Part shown: positions 40,545-52,920 of the stretch, piece by piece | How positions within the stretch are numbered: position 1 is the first letter of the stretch | Layout: each line of letters starts with the position of its first letter | From: Okamejei kenojei | Taxonomy: Eukaryota | Direction of reading: 5' to 3' | Length of the DNA stretch: 64,000 nucleotides | NCBI GenBank assembly: GCA_035221665.1 | Contig: CM069157.1 | Location: forward strand, 16,802,001-16,866,000 | Notes under the pieces: generated by a model | What the model was told of the DNA's origin: nothing | What the model saw: the letters and a program-made list of their open reading frames with translations, nothing else | Database searches by the model: none | Position numbers and translations under genes: made by a program

Positions 40545-43500
40545 TGATGGAGAACAGAGAGGACTCAGCAGGGGTGGTGGGTGGTGGGGGGTTGGAGGGA
40601 GAGAGGGAAGAGGGAATGCATTGAATACTTTTGTAACTTTGTTGGCTCCCTTTATGTGACTCTTGCATACATGTACTATATACGATCAAAGAAGCTCACT
40701 GTATCAGTTACATTTGACAGTAAAGTATCAATCAATCAATGAAATGCACAATAGTAAATCCAATTATTTGCACTGACTTTATATCTCATCTGTTTCCAGT
40801 AAAAAGAAACAAAAAACAACAATATTCGCCATGTCTCGGTGAATCATGATAATCTGCACTCCAGGTTATTGATCCAAAATAGTTTGTAGGCGGTTTGTCT
40901 GTTGCAGGATTTGACCATAAGTGCACACCCATTAAATACTCACATCCCCTATATTTCTCTGAAATTATGATTCAGTCTTCGTGTAATTTAAAATTGTAGT
41001 TTTCATTCAAGTACACCCTGTATATTTGATTCACGAGAAAAAATATCAGATTTCCTTGTATATCAAGACAGTTTGTTCTTAACAAGACCTAATTTTCTTA
41101 ATATAGTTCTAACATTGAAGTTAGCTGTAAAAAAATAATCCCATTAAAGCAACTACAAATGTGAATCTGAACTATTGGCATAGGCAGTCCCCAGGTAACA
41201 GTTCTCTTCCTGAGAACTGTTCATAAGCTGATTACTCTGTAAATCAGGAATGTCTGTTTTCTATAGCTGCCGAAATTATATCACTCTAGGTACACTTGCT
41301 GTAATTCTATAATTTCATTGAATAATTACCCCCAAACTGCGCATAGTTAAACTACCGGAATAAATGCATCATCCAGCCATGAATGAATATCATGAAACAT
41401 TTTTATTATTGCTACTAGCATGAAAAATGCTTTAAAGATGTATAGGAGAATAAAGTCAGATTTCCTTAAATCAGATGTTTCAGAACCTGGCGAGCCCCTG
41501 GACCAGAATTACAAGCTTGGAATCCTCATAGCAACAATTTAGAAATAAATCAATTAAAATATAACAGTTGACATATATCAACCAAATAATAATTCTGTCA
41601 TACTACCGTAACTCAAATTAGGAATTAGCTTTGGTTGAGTAGATTAATAATCAGAGTTCTCGATGTTAATTGAGATTTGCTTGCACCTGAATTGGAAGGA
41701 GGGTAGTTAACCAGTTGTGAAGTGTCCATTTTGCAGCCCTCAGGAATACATATTGAATTCAACATTTTCAGATAACCAGCCTTCCCTGATTACGTGAGAA
41801 GTGGTTACTACTGATGTGTGATCATCCAAACGCAATCACTCAATCATTCTCAATCCATAATTGCTGCCTTATCTGCAAGGTAATTCCAACGTTCACTTTT
41901 TTCTCAGCTTTCTAACAGCTGCTGTGTTCTGCAACCCACGGTAATTTATTTGCGTTCTTTCCCTCTGACTGCCCCAGTACATCTGTAAACTCGATGACTT
42001 TGTGTCTTCTGGGCAACCTTCAGTGTCCATCCTATCGCAACTCCTTGAAAACACTTCTGTTTTCGCCCTTTCTGATGATGGGTCATTGTTTCTAAAGCTG
42101 CCTGCCTCTCCCTATAATAATTCCTTCCATCCACATGCTACCTCCATCATGACCCATTTCAACAAACATATAGTCAATTGCATAAAGATACAATGCCAAG
42201 GGACATGTAACATTAACAATGAGATGAATTCTAATGCATTGTGATCATCCACTTCAATCAAACAGATCTAGTAGTAGTTTAAATGCTGCATTGTTTATGC
42301 GATAGAAAGTTTTGATCTGAGTTTCCATATTTGCTGAGGTCCAAGCCTCATAGTGTCATAGAGTCCTAAAGCACAGAAACAGCCCATTTGGCCTAACTTT
42401 CCCATGCTGACCAAGGTGCTCCATCTACACTTGTCCGCCTGCCCGCATTTAGGCACATAAATATCCATCTAAACCTGTGTTAATCTATCCATGTGTTCAT
42501 CTACTAATAACTGTATTGCAATGAAAGGGAGCAGTAGTTTCCAACAGGAACTAAAGCAAAAATATTAACAGGAAAATGACAGATCTGGAGCAGCACTTGC
42601 TGTTATTGGACTAGCTCTGACATGAAACCGGTGCTTTGGGATGACAAATACTGAAAAGGCCAAGATTGAATTACCTTGTAAAGTGGATATCAGAGTCACC
42701 ACAGCGGACTCTGGAATAGTCCTCCATAACAGGTGCTGCAACCTCTAGTTCACTTGTGTTTCAATCCTTATAATATTTAATGTAGGATATAATTGGTGGT
42801 GTGATATCATCATATTCCCAATTGCATGCCCTTTAAAACACATTTAAATGGTATTCCTATTAAAGACCAAATAAAGTGTGACATATAGCTTATTTATATG
42901 AAATGCTCAGATACATTGACCATGACGGCACAAAGAGGAAATGTGTTTAGCGTTAGTCTTCATTCCTCCTGAATTGCAAAAAGGCCATAATAATGAGAAG
43001 CACTGTGCACTTCACTGTCATCCCTTTGTTCTAGGCCATACCTCAGATAGTCCACATAACATTAAGTTCAGAGTTTGTTACTGGGGCACATATGGTGGAA
43101 AGCAGGTCAGTTCACCCCCAGGACTCGGAGGAAATGATTGACAGCTGTTTGCAAAGTTGATTTTGGTTAATGTATTCTACTGCCACTATAACAATAAATT
43201 AAAACTTATCAAGACAATATGTGGAAAGGATATGTAGCCTTTCTGCTAATAGAATTGTTCCAGCTAAGCTAAAACATCTGGGTCCTACGGCCCATCAGAT
43301 ATTAATGATCCTGGTACATAAAAGCAATACAGAAGTAAACCGTAAAGAGATCACTTGGGATGTAACTTGTTGGATGATTCTAATTTTCCTCAATCTTTTG
43401 TCTTTTCCTCAGAACAATTTGGTGGTTCCTTCCTCAGTGATCCACTTAAGAGTCATCTGCAGTGTTATGTTATAGTTGTATCATCACACATATTCTACAA

Positions 43501-43699
43501 CCAACGTGTATATCCTTTTAACAAACACTGTACTTGGGTTGTAAACAGATGCAATAGAGTGCAGGCAATAAAGGAGCAGAATTTTACCAAGCAATAATAA
43601 ACGGTGTGTTTAGTTATTAATATGGGAATGAAATTGTCAGTTAACATCATTTATAACCGAATGTCTGGAATATCTGGAATATCTACACCAACAGAATAG

Positions 43700-44240
43700 G
43701 TTTAGGGTTTGGTTTATCATTGTCACACTTTCCGAGCTAGAGTGAAAAGCTTTGTTTTGCATGCTATTCACTCAGAAAATACTACACATAAATAAAATCA
43801 GGTTAAACTCAAGTACAATGAGTGGAGCAAAGGGGAAGATACTGAGTGCCAAATATAGTTCTCAGCATTGTAGCATACAGTTCCATAGACAAAATGCAAT
43901 ATCCACAATAGGGTAGAGGTGAATTGAACAGTATCCCAGCTTATTGAAGGACCATTCAGAAGCCTGATAACCGGGCAAGAAGCTGTTCCTGAGTTGGCTG
44001 GAGCACACTTTCAAGCTTCTGAACCTTTTGCCTGATAAGAGCAGGGAGTGGAAAGAATGACCAGGGTGAAATAAATGCTTTTGATGGCACATCTGTAGAA
44101 GTTGGCGAGGGTTGTTGGGGGACATGCCAAACTTCTTAAGCCTTCTAAGGAAGTAGAGGTGTTGGTTTTGCTGGCCATTGCTTCGATATGACTGGTCCAG
44201 GACAAATTGCTTGTGATATTTATTCCAAAGAACTTGAAAC
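43700..44240 (-). mobile_element. Rex1/Babar-like LINE 3' fragment
   Basis: SWTSHIEAM…LANFYRCAIKSI…HPGHSFHSLLLSGKRFRSL peptides; related pieces at ~56190-56380 and ~61960-62130. Confidence 0.65.
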
Positions 44241-45413
44241 TTGAATCTTTACTTCAGAACCGCCAATGTATTCACCAGGAATGGCTACCAGCTGAGATAT
44301 AAAAGTAACTGCGATGAAATATGAACCAGTTCTGAATTCACTTCACCAGGATCAGGTATTATCCCTGATGTTCTGTAAAGCTGTATTTAGTCAATGAGCT
44401 TCATAGCCCAGGATACAGCTACTGCTCCGTTTCACTGCCTGCAGACTCCATCTACCTGGACTAATTTTATCTTGATGCTAGCTGATATTTTGCACCCGTG
44501 AGACATCCCATGACACAGAATGGGCTCCAAGCTTGCCAAAGCCAAAGGCCTTTGAACAGATTTTATATGCCTTTGATAGCAGAAACATTCACAATTGATG
44601 AAAATACGTTGGCAGGTTAAATAAATACTGTAAAATGCTGGTGGGAGAATTAAGGATGTTAAAGGGGTTATGTGAGAGAATAGGTGACTGGGAAGTAAGT
44701 GAGGGAATAAGATTGATAGAATTGCTGTGAAAGCATGCTCAATGGACCAAATGGCCTCCTTCAGAGGAAATGTAAATATGATTAAGCAAACTTTGAAGAA
44801 TTAATAGAGATGATTTGTATTACTTTTAAACAGTACTTAATGTGATATATGTAAGGAATTGTGGAAGTTCTGGCTGGTACATAGAAATTATGTGGCAACG
44901 CTGACAATACTAGTGATCAAGAGGGTGGCAAAGTTGTCAGCCCTCTTCAAACAGGGCAAGAGCAAGCCGGTCATATTTGTTATCTACCACTTTAGTGAAT
45001 AAGGATGGTGGCAAAAGAAATGGGGTTACAGGAAAATGATGGCTTGAGGGCAGAATTTACAGAAGGAGTTAGAAGCTGGGATCCCAGACCAGTGTGACAT
45101 GGAGATCAGTATTACATGGGGTCACTCCCACCTTCTTTGTGTAAAAATGATCAGGAGTTACAGCATAATGGGATGTATTGCAGGAGATGCAGAACAACAG
45201 TAATATCAATGCAGAAATGATGGGAGATGGCATCACAGAGACAAAGTATGGATCCTTGCATTATGGAAATTAAAATGGGGAAGATTGCACTTTACAGAGT
45301 TAAGTCTTAAATGGAACAGAAAATCAAAATAGACAGTGTATACTTTGTTTAATGTGAATGCCCAGTCAAAATGCATTTGTTTCATGTGTTTTGACAAACC
45401 AATCCATCTGCAA

Positions 45414-45595
45414 GGGTACACAAAAAGCTGGAGAAACTCAGCGGGTGCAGCAGCATCTAAGGAGCGAAGGAGAAGGGTCTCGACCCGAAACGTCGCCTAA
45501 TCTCCTTCGCTCCTTAGATGCTGCTGCACCCGCTGAGTTTCTCCAGCTTTTTGTGTACCCTCGATTCTCCAGCATCTGCAGTTCCTTCTTTAAAA
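45414..45595 (+). mobile_element. Palindromic Penelope-derived short element
   Basis: Perfect 60-bp inverted arms (45414-45473, 45501-45560); 14-bp direct flanks CAATCCATCTGCAA. Confidence 0.85.
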
Positions 45596-48500
45596 CAATC
45601 CATCTGCAAACCAATTTCTCATATTTCTGGAGATACCAGAAAAAGTTTAAGTATGTATTATATATTTATTTACCTATCTCACTGAAACAATGTGTAATCT
45701 TAAACGCGTAATAATAAAAATCTGAATGATCATGCAGCTGCCTGTCTCATTCCCTGTTAGACTCATGTTTCCCTTTTGTTACACATGTTTTGAGTCCGCT
45801 ATATATTATTTCTATCCAATGTTCACCTAAAATCTAAACTCGACCTCATTACCCCTTCAGGTTTTTCAAGATTGCCCCGTTCCTTACATTCATGTTTGAA
45901 AAACAGAAACGGGTTCCATTTTCTGAGCCAAAATCGGTGAGAACTGACAGCTCTCAAATTATGGCTTGTTGGTGGCACCCAACCAAGAGAGATAGCTGTA
46001 ATTAAACATCTCATTAACAGGTTTCGAAGTGTAAATAAAATCTGTAGTGCACGACAGCTCTACCTTCTCATATGTGACGCAACCCAGAGCAGAGCTCCTG
46101 ACTGGTTCCATACCAATATTCAGGTGTTTGATGGCTCAGTGCAGCTCAAGTAGGGTCAATTATGTCATAAAGATCCGGCAAGCCATTCGGAGGTGCTCTG
46201 CCGTTGTTCATCTCTCACTTCAAAATATGAGGAGACCTTCAGAGCCTGGGAGCGTGCAGCAAATAACATGGTCAGATGTATACTGTAGCAGCTTGTAATA
46301 ACAATGGGACAAGTGGCAGCTCGATACAACAAGCAAATCTTTGACAAACCAACCCATCTACAATCCAATTGTCTCATATTTCTGGATATACCAGAAAAAG
46401 TTTAGTATGCATTATATATTTGCTTACCTTTCTCTCTGAAACAATGTGCAATCTTAAACATAGGTAATGATAAACATCTGAATGAACATGCAGACTCCCT
46501 ATCTTATTCCTGCGAGATGCAATTTTGATTATTTCTGGTTTTGATTATGTCTGGTGCTGAGTTTTATGTTCAATTCTACCTTATACATATTTATTATTAG
46601 GTTCTCAAAGAATTACATTTATATTTTATGTATCGATTCATGACATGACATGCACATAAGTGTTGTTGATTCAAGTCCCACTCCAGAACACATAAAACCA
46701 GGATAGCCACCACTGCAGGACGGAGGAAGTACTGCAAGATCTGGTGCTGATTTTTGGATCATTGAGTTATAAAGTCATTGAGTTACAGAGTACAGAAACA
46801 GGCCCTTCAGCCCACCTTGTCCATGCTGATTAAGATGCATTTCTATGCTAGACCTATTTAATCAGGTATTGACCAAGATCAGGATCAGTTATTAAGCAGC
46901 CTGGCAATCCTCCAAGTGAAAGGGAAAGATCTCATCGCACCCTATTGAAGGAAAGCAGGGGAGTTAACCCCCCGTCCATTCCTGCCCAACCTTTTTTGCA
47001 ACTTAAAACAATTTTTTTCTCACTTTTCCATTTCTGAACAACCTGAAATGTTTTCTGATTCTTTTCTGATTTCTCATTCTAGTGATGCTGCCTGACCTGT
47101 GGCATTTTCTGTTTTTATTTTATGAACAATTCCCAGGATACTATTTGTTTATCAATGAATGTTACAGATCTCATATGGATGAACTGGGCATTATCACATT
47201 GCTGCAAGGAGAAGTTTCTCATGTGCAAACTGGCTGTTGCATTTCTTACAATTCAACAGCAACTATGCATGAAAGATATTTAATTGGCTGCAAAGCATTT
47301 TGATGCATACTAACATAGCATGAAAGGTTCTATGTCAATACCATATTGTGAAGTTATTGTAAGTAATTTATAAACTTACTGAACTTTCTGACTCCCTAGT
47401 GCCTGGTAGAGGAATGCAGAGCCTGGACTAGTGCCAACAATGAAAGCTTGGGGAGGGTCAGGGGACTCGTGTAAACTTCACTCTTTATTATTTAAAGGAT
47501 CAACTGAAAATTATTTGGTCCCTTAGCCATGTCTAGAGATAGATGTGTGGAATAGGTAGTCATGGAAACACATTTTGTCATGTTCGTGATTCCACTGGAA
47601 GCCAAGGTCTGGTAGCTTACTTACTCTTCGGATCTGGAAACAGAGGAGGAAGAGTGAATTATTAACGGTTATTTATATATTACGTACAGTATATTCTTTA
47701 GGCACACATATGTATAGATATCATGGGATTTCTTAAATGGCTTGAAATATTTTCATGGATTGAATCATATCCTCATGAATCATCACCACTTCGCAAACTG
47801 TAATTCTGTAAATCTCCATATCACATGATTGCAACAAGCGTTTTCTGCAGCTTCAGGTGGATTCCATCTGAAACAGCACTCTCATCTGCTAAATCCCAGT
47901 ACTCACTTTTAAGATTTTAATGTAAACTATTTTTTACTTTAAAAGGTAAAATCTATTAATATAGACAATATTGTAAATAATAGCTGTTTTTTTTTTACTT
48001 TGCATGATCTTGTCCTTGGCAGGAGAGGCTTCCAGGATCCAGTACATCATCCCCAACTAAGAAAGGTACCTGTAACTGAGGAACGAGAATAACTCCTGGG
48101 GTTATCCTGCCAACCTGCTTTGTCACACTTATATCTTGAGTGTTGTTTTTCAGTTGTACACCACAAAATGGCTTTCCGCTGGCAATCTAATTATTTTTCA
48201 AAGTAAGCCAATTTTAAATCTGGTGCAAACCTGTCACAGACTTGTTGGAGAATCTGATGTTTAAGCCACATTGGAGCTGAAAACGACTCCATATGTTCCA
48301 AGGTGACATAAAGCTGCTATTTGTGTGTTAGTTTAACAGTAAGAGAATAAAAGCTGCAACCTTCTTATGATTAGGAAATGTAACAAGATTCTTGACAGAT
48401 TTAATCAGATTATTTAATCAAATTGAAGCCAAGTACCCCAGTATATTTAGTAAGGTAGAGGGCAAATCTTTCCAAATGTTTAAAGAAGTGTATGGCAGCC

Positions 48501-49520
48501 ACTTGCGTTACATGAGAACTTTTAACATTGATTTTAAATTAGGACCTGGTTGAGCTTTGTGGAAATTACGTGGTTACATTCATGCCTTGAATCAAGTGCA
48601 GGGAATGTTTCACTGAATGGGAAAGCCAGCCAGTATAGTTAATGCCAACCATCCAGCATCCAGCCAGGTCCTCTTGTAGTTATTTGAGAAATATTTTGAA
48701 CGTTCAAAGATCACACATGAATGGAAAAGAAAATCTGATGGAGAGTAAAACTGACATCAAATTTACAACCATCCTACTGTACAATACAAACTTCTACTCT
48801 ACCTCACAATGTCATATGATTAAATAGAGAAAAATGAACTTCCTACTGTAAAGTCATGTGTGCAATCCTACCTCTGTCATTCATAGACCTCACTCCCTTC
48901 CACTGGTGGACTTGTATCCCTGCCAATCCTGGACATATAACACTCGAGTAATTGGCATCAACCTTCTGCTAACCAGTGATCTTAGTCTCTGTCAAACATG
49001 GACCCAGTCCACTGCTAAAGAATTCTTGATGTCGATGCAGCTCAGATTTATTTGAGCTGTATTTTCTTTATTTACTTCTTTGCCCTCTTTGAAGGTTTAA
49101 GGGTTTGGGATGAATTGTGTCACTCCTGGTGTATTTAAAAAGAACATTTAAAACATTTAAAAATGTTCCCCCGCAACGCTGAATACACTGCGAGAGGCAT
49201 AACTGAATTCGGGTCGGGTTTACTGAAATGGCGGAAGTTACGCTCCGTTGCGTACTACACATCAGTCCATTGGATTTTGCAGGAGTGGTCTATCTTGCTC
49301 CGCCCTAGTATCTTTGCTTGTGGCCTCTGAGGTTCCACAGACTCAAGGGAAAGAAGGCCCCTGCTGAGCCATCCTGTTATTTAACATTTAGCAGGATTAC
49401 TTTTCATCTTTCAATTGGAACCGTTTCAACTGGCTAAGGGGAAAGATTTCTGTCTCTTTATTGGCACTGATATGAACTCAGATTTGGAATTTACACATTG
49501 AGCTGCAAAATGCTGCATTG

Positions 49521-50077
49521 CAGTGCCCTCCATAATATATGGGACAAAGACCCATCATTTATTTAATTGCCTCAGTACTCCACAATTTGAGATTTGTAAT
49601 AGAAAAAAAATCACACGTGGTTAAAGTGCACATTGTCAGATTTTATTAAAGGGTATTTTTATACATTTTGGTTTCATCATGTAGAAATTACAGCTGTGTT
49701 TATACATAGTCCCCCCATTTCAGAGAACCATAATGTTTGGGGCACATGGCTTCACAGGCGTTTGTAATTGCTCAGGTGTGTTTAATTGCCTCCTTAATGC
49801 AGGTGTATGGGAGCTCACAGCACCTGATCTTTCTTTAAGTCTTTCCATCACCTTTGGAAACTTTTATTGCTGTTTATCAACATGAGGACCAAAGTTGTGC
49901 CAATGAAAGTCAAATAAGGCATTATGAGACTGAGAAACAAGAAAAAAAACTGTTAGAGACATCAGCCAAACTCTCGGCTTACCAAAATCAACTGTTTGGA
50001 ACATCATTAAGAAGAAAGAGAGCACTCGTGAGTTTACTAATCACAAAGGAACTGGCAGGCCAAGGAAGACCTCCACA
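49521..50077 (+). mobile_element. Truncated Tc1-like transposon: left TIR plus degenerate transposase N-terminus (MRTKVVPMKVK*…TVRDISQTLGLPKSTVWNIIKK…TGRPRKT)
   Basis: Same TIR as the 16722 element; HTH and GRPR motif from ATG 49882 with a stop and a frameshift. Confidence 0.85.
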
Positions 50078-50997
50078 CACACTCCAACTTGCCAACACCA
50101 TATCTTCTGAAAATTGATTTAAGTGATCCATAACATTTTGAACGTAGCTTATGGTATTCTCAAACTGCCACTGAAGTGGAATGTAGGATAATAGTAAGAG
50201 AATGATATACCACTAAAGGAGGACATTTGGCCCATTACATCTATGTTCACCTACTGAAGAAGATTTCTATTCACCCGCTCTCTCTTCGTATTGTTTAAAA
50301 ACTTTTTAATACATTTATCTATTTGTTTTAGAGTATTATAGATTCTGTTTCCAGCATATAATCTAATATCTGCCTACAAAAAGCATTTCTTCTGACTGTT
50401 ATATTTGCTTTTAACTTAAATATTTCCATTTTAGTCCACCTAGCCAACACATCAGCCATTTAATTAAACAAGGCATCAAAGTCTTTGATCCTTTTAATCT
50501 TCTGTGCTTTCATTGAAAAAGCACCAATTCCCAAATTGATCCAGGTTGTGGGCGGCTTGGTGGAGCAGCGGTAGAATTACTGCCTTACAGCGCCAGAGAC
50601 TCGGGTTCGATCCCAACTATGGGTGCTGTCTGTACAGATTTTGTACATTCTCCCTAAGAATGCGTGAGTTTTCTCTGAGCATTCGGTTTCCTCCCACATT
50701 TCAAAGATGTGCAGGTTTGTAAGTTAATTGGCTTCTGTAAATTGTCCCTCGTGGCTCGGATGGAACTTGTGTACAGTGATAACTGGCCAGTGTGTGTAGA
50801 TGATATGTGTATACACCTTTAATTGATAGTGACGATGTCCATGCTAACCACCCCCCCACCAGTTAGTATAATTATAACCCACACGCCCCTAGCTCTCTCT
50901 CTAGTGATCGTGACAGACCACGTACAGCTAGGGCTGTATATAATGTATGATTAATAAAGTAGTGAAGACCTTAAGGTGTCTATGTACCTTCTCTACA

Positions 50998-51046
50998 TGG
51001 TGTCAGAAGTGGGATTCGAACCCACGCCTCCAGTCGGAGACCAGAA
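50998..51046 (-). other. 3' half of tRNA-Leu(CAA) including CCA, forming an extended PBS; not a functional tRNA gene
   Basis: Reverse complement TTCTGGTCTCCGACTGGAGGCGTGGGTTCGAATCCCACTTCTGACACCA gives 3' anticodon stem, long variable arm, T arm, acceptor strand and CCA. Confidence 0.9.
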
Positions 51047-51226
51047 AGAAGCACTTCTGGCCGTCCCCCCCCGATGCCTTCGTCGCCAAGGGGTTCTCCT
51101 GTCCGTAGCCCCCACCATGCCCTGGCGTCCCCGCTTGTTCCCGTCGGGGAAGGAGGTGATGGTGAGGTGCGGACCCAGTCTGGTCGCCTGGTCAGGCCGC
51201 CGGTCCATTACGGCGATTACGTGTGA
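51047..51226 (+). pseudogene. Probable C-terminal remnant of Ty3/Gypsy pol/integrase (…VRTQSGRLVRPPVHYGDYV*)
   Basis: Stop-free Pro/Ser-rich frame ending in an RSGRxxRPPxxYxDYV*-type motif recalled from Gypsy pol ends; lies just upstream of the PPT. Confidence 0.65.
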
Positions 51227-52199
51227 TTCTGTATTCCCGTGCTTTACTGTTTGCATTTACCCTAGCCAATGAGACGTGGTCGCCCTGTCACTCACTGTTT
51301 GTTTTGGTAGAGGAAGGATGTAGATGATATGTGTATACACCTTTAATTGATAGTGACGATGTCCATGCTAACCACCCCCCCACCAGTTAGTATAATTATA
51401 ACCCACACGCCCCTAGCTCTCTCTCTAGTGATCGTGACAGACCACGTACAGCTAGGGCTGTATATAATGTATGATTAATAAAGTAGTGAAGACCTTAAGG
51501 TGTCTATGTACCTTCTCTACAGTGTGGACCCAGTGAGCCAAAGGGCCTGTTTCCACGCTATATCACTGAACCAAACTAAATTAAACTAAACTAAAGCTTC
51601 ATCAATAACATGGCATCTTTTTTCACATCATTCTTTACAAAGAGAAGGTCTTGTACTTGTTTACGATGAAGGTGAATCTGGCATGAAATTGGCTTTTACT
51701 GAGTATTCTGAGTATTATCTGCGTTATTTTACATGATAATAATTCTGAAATCATTACATATTAAAAATAACACGGAATCGGCCGGCACGGCATTCAATAA
51801 GGGCTTCCATTGATTTAGTGATGTCAAAATAGAGTTTGACAAGCTTGAAAGTAAAAAAAAAAACGATGCTAGAAATCGAAAATTAAAAATGAAAAACTAT
51901 GGAAACGAGAAAGCGAGTTAGGCAGCATTGGTTGAAAGACAAACAGAATTAAAAGTGCAGGCCAAAGAAAGTCTTTGACCTCTTCAGACAGACATTACTG
52001 AATATGAACTGAGGCGTGATTACTCATTATTATACTTTCAAAGATATTTTTGTTAATTGTTAATTTTCATAAAGCCCCATGTAATTGGGAATAAAATGGG
52101 CAGTAAGTATCTGTACCTGGATATCAACATCAACACTAGACTTCAGATGCATCTTCTGCGAGCTTTGTATTTATTAAGTCTCGGCCATTGAATGGGTAA

Positions 52200-52920
52200 T
52201 AAGTTCATAATTAATCGGAGCAGAATTAGGCCATTAAACCTATCGAGACCACTCTGCCATTCAATCATTGCCGATGTATCTTTCCCTCTTAATCCCATTT
52301 TCCTGCCTTCTCCCTATAACCTTTGACAGCTTTACTAATCAAGAACCTGTCAATCTCTGCTTTAAATATACCCAATGGCTTGGCATCCACAGCCATCTGT
52401 GGTAATGAATTCCACATATTCACTACCCTCTGATTAAAGAAATTCCTCCTCATTGCCTTTCTATAGGTACATCTTTTTATTCTGAGATTGTGGCGTCCGG
52501 TCCTAGACTCTCCCACTGGTGGAAACATCCTCTCGGCATCCACTCTATTCAGGCCTTTCACTATTCGGTGACTTACAATGAGATCTCTCCTCATCTTTCT
52601 AAACTCCAGCAAATACAGGCCCAGAGTTGCCAAACGCCCATCGTACATTTACCCAATCATCCCGATATCATTCTTGTAAACCTCCTCTGGGTCCTTTCCA
52701 ACACCAGTATATCCCACTTCTGATATGGAGTCATATCAGCTCACAATACTTCAAATGCGGTCTGATCAGTGCCTTATAAAGCCTCAGCATTACATCCCTG
52801 CTTTTATATTCTAGTTCTCATGAAATGAATGCCAACATTGCAATTGCCTTCCTTACTACTGATTCATCCTGCAAATTAACCTTTTGGAAATCCTGCACGA
52901 AAACTCCCAAATCCCTTGGT
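52200..52920 (-). mobile_element. CR1-type LINE 3' fragment
   Basis: LGLYLLEFRKMRRDLI…FFNQRVVNMWNSLP peptide. Confidence 0.85.

Larger units (their letters stand above)
50795..51521 (+). mobile_element. Miniature non-autonomous LTR retrotransposon (TRIM-like, Gypsy-derived)
   Basis: 203-bp LTRs at 50795-50997 and 51319-51521, identical by eye, TGTAGA...TCTACA ends; GTGTG TSD (50790-50794, 51522-51526); PBS from 50998; PPT AGAGGAAGGA at 51309-51318. Confidence 0.95.
50550..51593 (+). mobile_element. tRNA-derived HE1/V-SINE-like SINE, interrupted by the LTR element
   Basis: A-box-like and B-box (GGTTCGATCC) head, V-domain-like core, CR1-like 3' end and (AAACT)n tail resuming after the TSD. 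Confidence 0.8.

Noticed and set aside
50998-51080. Functional tRNA-Leu gene on -
   Set aside because: No D arm, A box, 5' acceptor strand or CAA anticodon; encoded CCA and LTR adjacency identify it as a PBS.
50976-51272. 98-aa (+) and 87-aa (-) ORFs in the LTR element
   Set aside because: They run through LTR and tRNA-derived sequence; only the third + frame has a recognisable motif.
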